A stretch of 63,608 bases of DNA, counting the filler, from Octopus bimaculoides (Eukaryota): assembly GCF_001194135.2 (NCBI RefSeq). It is 5 parts of 5 records of this genome, joined end to end, with 100 filler letters (N's around TTAATTAATTAA, not from the genome) between each part and the next. Parts side by side here need not be neighbours in the genome. Positions count along the whole stretch, not along the records: positions 62,581 to 63,608 come from NW_026358011.1; 4 more parts are not named here. One strand, written 5' to 3'. The notes under the pieces are model-generated. The model saw nothing but the letters and a program-made list of their open reading frames with translations, did not search any database and was not told the DNA's origin. This document shows positions 62,581 to 63,608 of this stretch, piece by piece. The stretch's first letter is position 1. Each line of letters begins with the position of its first letter. A program made the translations under genes and the position numbers.

Positions 62581-62774
62581 TTTTATTTTCTCAGAGATAT
62601 TTTACATGTTTCGGTTCTTCTTGAAAAAACAAACCTTACCAAAAATACATATTTTTAAAAGTGTAATAAAAGAAAAGTTCATAATTATTTCTTATTGGTG
62701 TCAACAGAGTCCACGTGGAAGCATTTTTATGTGTGAGAATATAATGGCTGTCTTGTGCGTTGACTAGAATCATT

Positions 62775-63060
62775 AACTGTAGTAGTAGTAGTAACCGTGT
62801 TGGTAGTGGTGAGTAGTGGGAGTGACCATTGGCCGTAATAGCAGCAGTAGCAGAGACCGTTGGTCGTAGTCGTAGAGTTGTAGCAGTAGTTAATTGGCTG
62901 TAGTAGTAGAGGAAGCAGCAGTAGTAGTAGTAGTAGTGGGAGTGACCGTTGGCCATAATAGCAGCAGTAGCAAAGACTGTTGGTCGTTGTAGTAGTGGTA
63001 GTAGCAGGGACCGTTGTTAGCAGTAGTAGTAGTTATCGTGGCAGTGGTTGTGGTTGGAGT
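62775..63060. repeat. GTA-rich degenerate minisatellite with a 120-bp period
   Basis: GTAGTGGGAGTGACC(A/G)TTGGCC(G/A)TAATAGCAGCAGTAGCA recurs at ~62813 and ~62933. Confidence 0.8.
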
Positions 63061-63282
63061 TGTAGAATTCTTTTTTTCCTTTTTGGATAACCAATATATG
63101 GGTTTAATGTTCCTGGCGCAGGGTGTTTAAACTTGCTAAGTGGGCATACTAAACTCCTTTGTTCGAAAATATAAGGACCAGATAGTGTGTCGTATAATCA
63201 GCTGGAGACAATGTTTGTCCCAATGTTTGTCCCAACTGGGACTGCCACATTAAGTCAACAAATAATTTTTACTATATATATA

Positions 63283-63370
63283 TCATCATCATCGTTTAAC
63301 GTCCGCTTTCCATGCTAGCATGGGTTGGACAATTTGAGTGAGGACTGGTGAAACCGGATGGCAACACCAG
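63283..63370 (-). mobile_element. Short 3' terminus of a retroposon with a (GAT)n tail (RTE-type)
   Basis: Minus strand ends CCAACCCATGCTAGCATGGAAAGCGGACGTTAAACGATGATGATGATG. Short tandem-repeat tails are typical of RTE LINEs and their SINEs; the clade is inferred. Confidence 0.55.
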
Positions 63371-63608
63371 ATATATATATATATATATAAATAAAAAAGG
63401 GGGTTTGTATGATAGTGTGTAGAGGAATATATTATTCAAAAGAATTCCAACTCTGTTTTTTATGTTTTATTTATATTCTTATAAAATTAATGTAGGATAT
63501 AGAATATGGAATATATAGTATGTATTGTAAAATGAAATGAAGTATTGAATGTCAAAACACTTCTGTCACACGGGACCTTGAAGACTGCTAGAAAGTAGGA
63601 AAGTATAC

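Overview
AT-rich, repeat-dominated eukaryotic DNA with many N-gaps. It is most likely an octopus (coleoid cephalopod) genome, inferred from the S-crystallin gene and the repeat landscape. One host gene is supported: a + strand short-loop S-crystallin / sigma-GST-like gene with four coding exons (36985-37080, 38893-39008, 40683-40790, 44530-44694), GT-AG boundaries, consistent phases and an intact stop. Its N-terminal ~45 codons are not in the called bases. The rest is mostly mobile DNA: a Penelope-like element (PLE) remnant with a GIY-YIG domain, inverted termini and a 13-bp TSD; a dead full-length mariner; a piggyBac-type MITE; non-autonomous Helitrons; degenerate RTE, CR1/L2-like and R4/Dong-like LINE fragments; several tRNA-derived SINE families; and long microsatellites. 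The most notable non-coding signal is a set of minimal type I hammerhead ribozyme (HHR) motifs tied to PLE-type inverted repeats. This includes a back-to-back pair at ~59.8-59.96 kb sharing a non-canonical CCGACGA core, whose + strand copy folds perfectly. Four 100-bp N44-TTAATTAATTAA-N44 blocks are assembly join markers. All family assignments come from motif recognition by eye; no database search was run.
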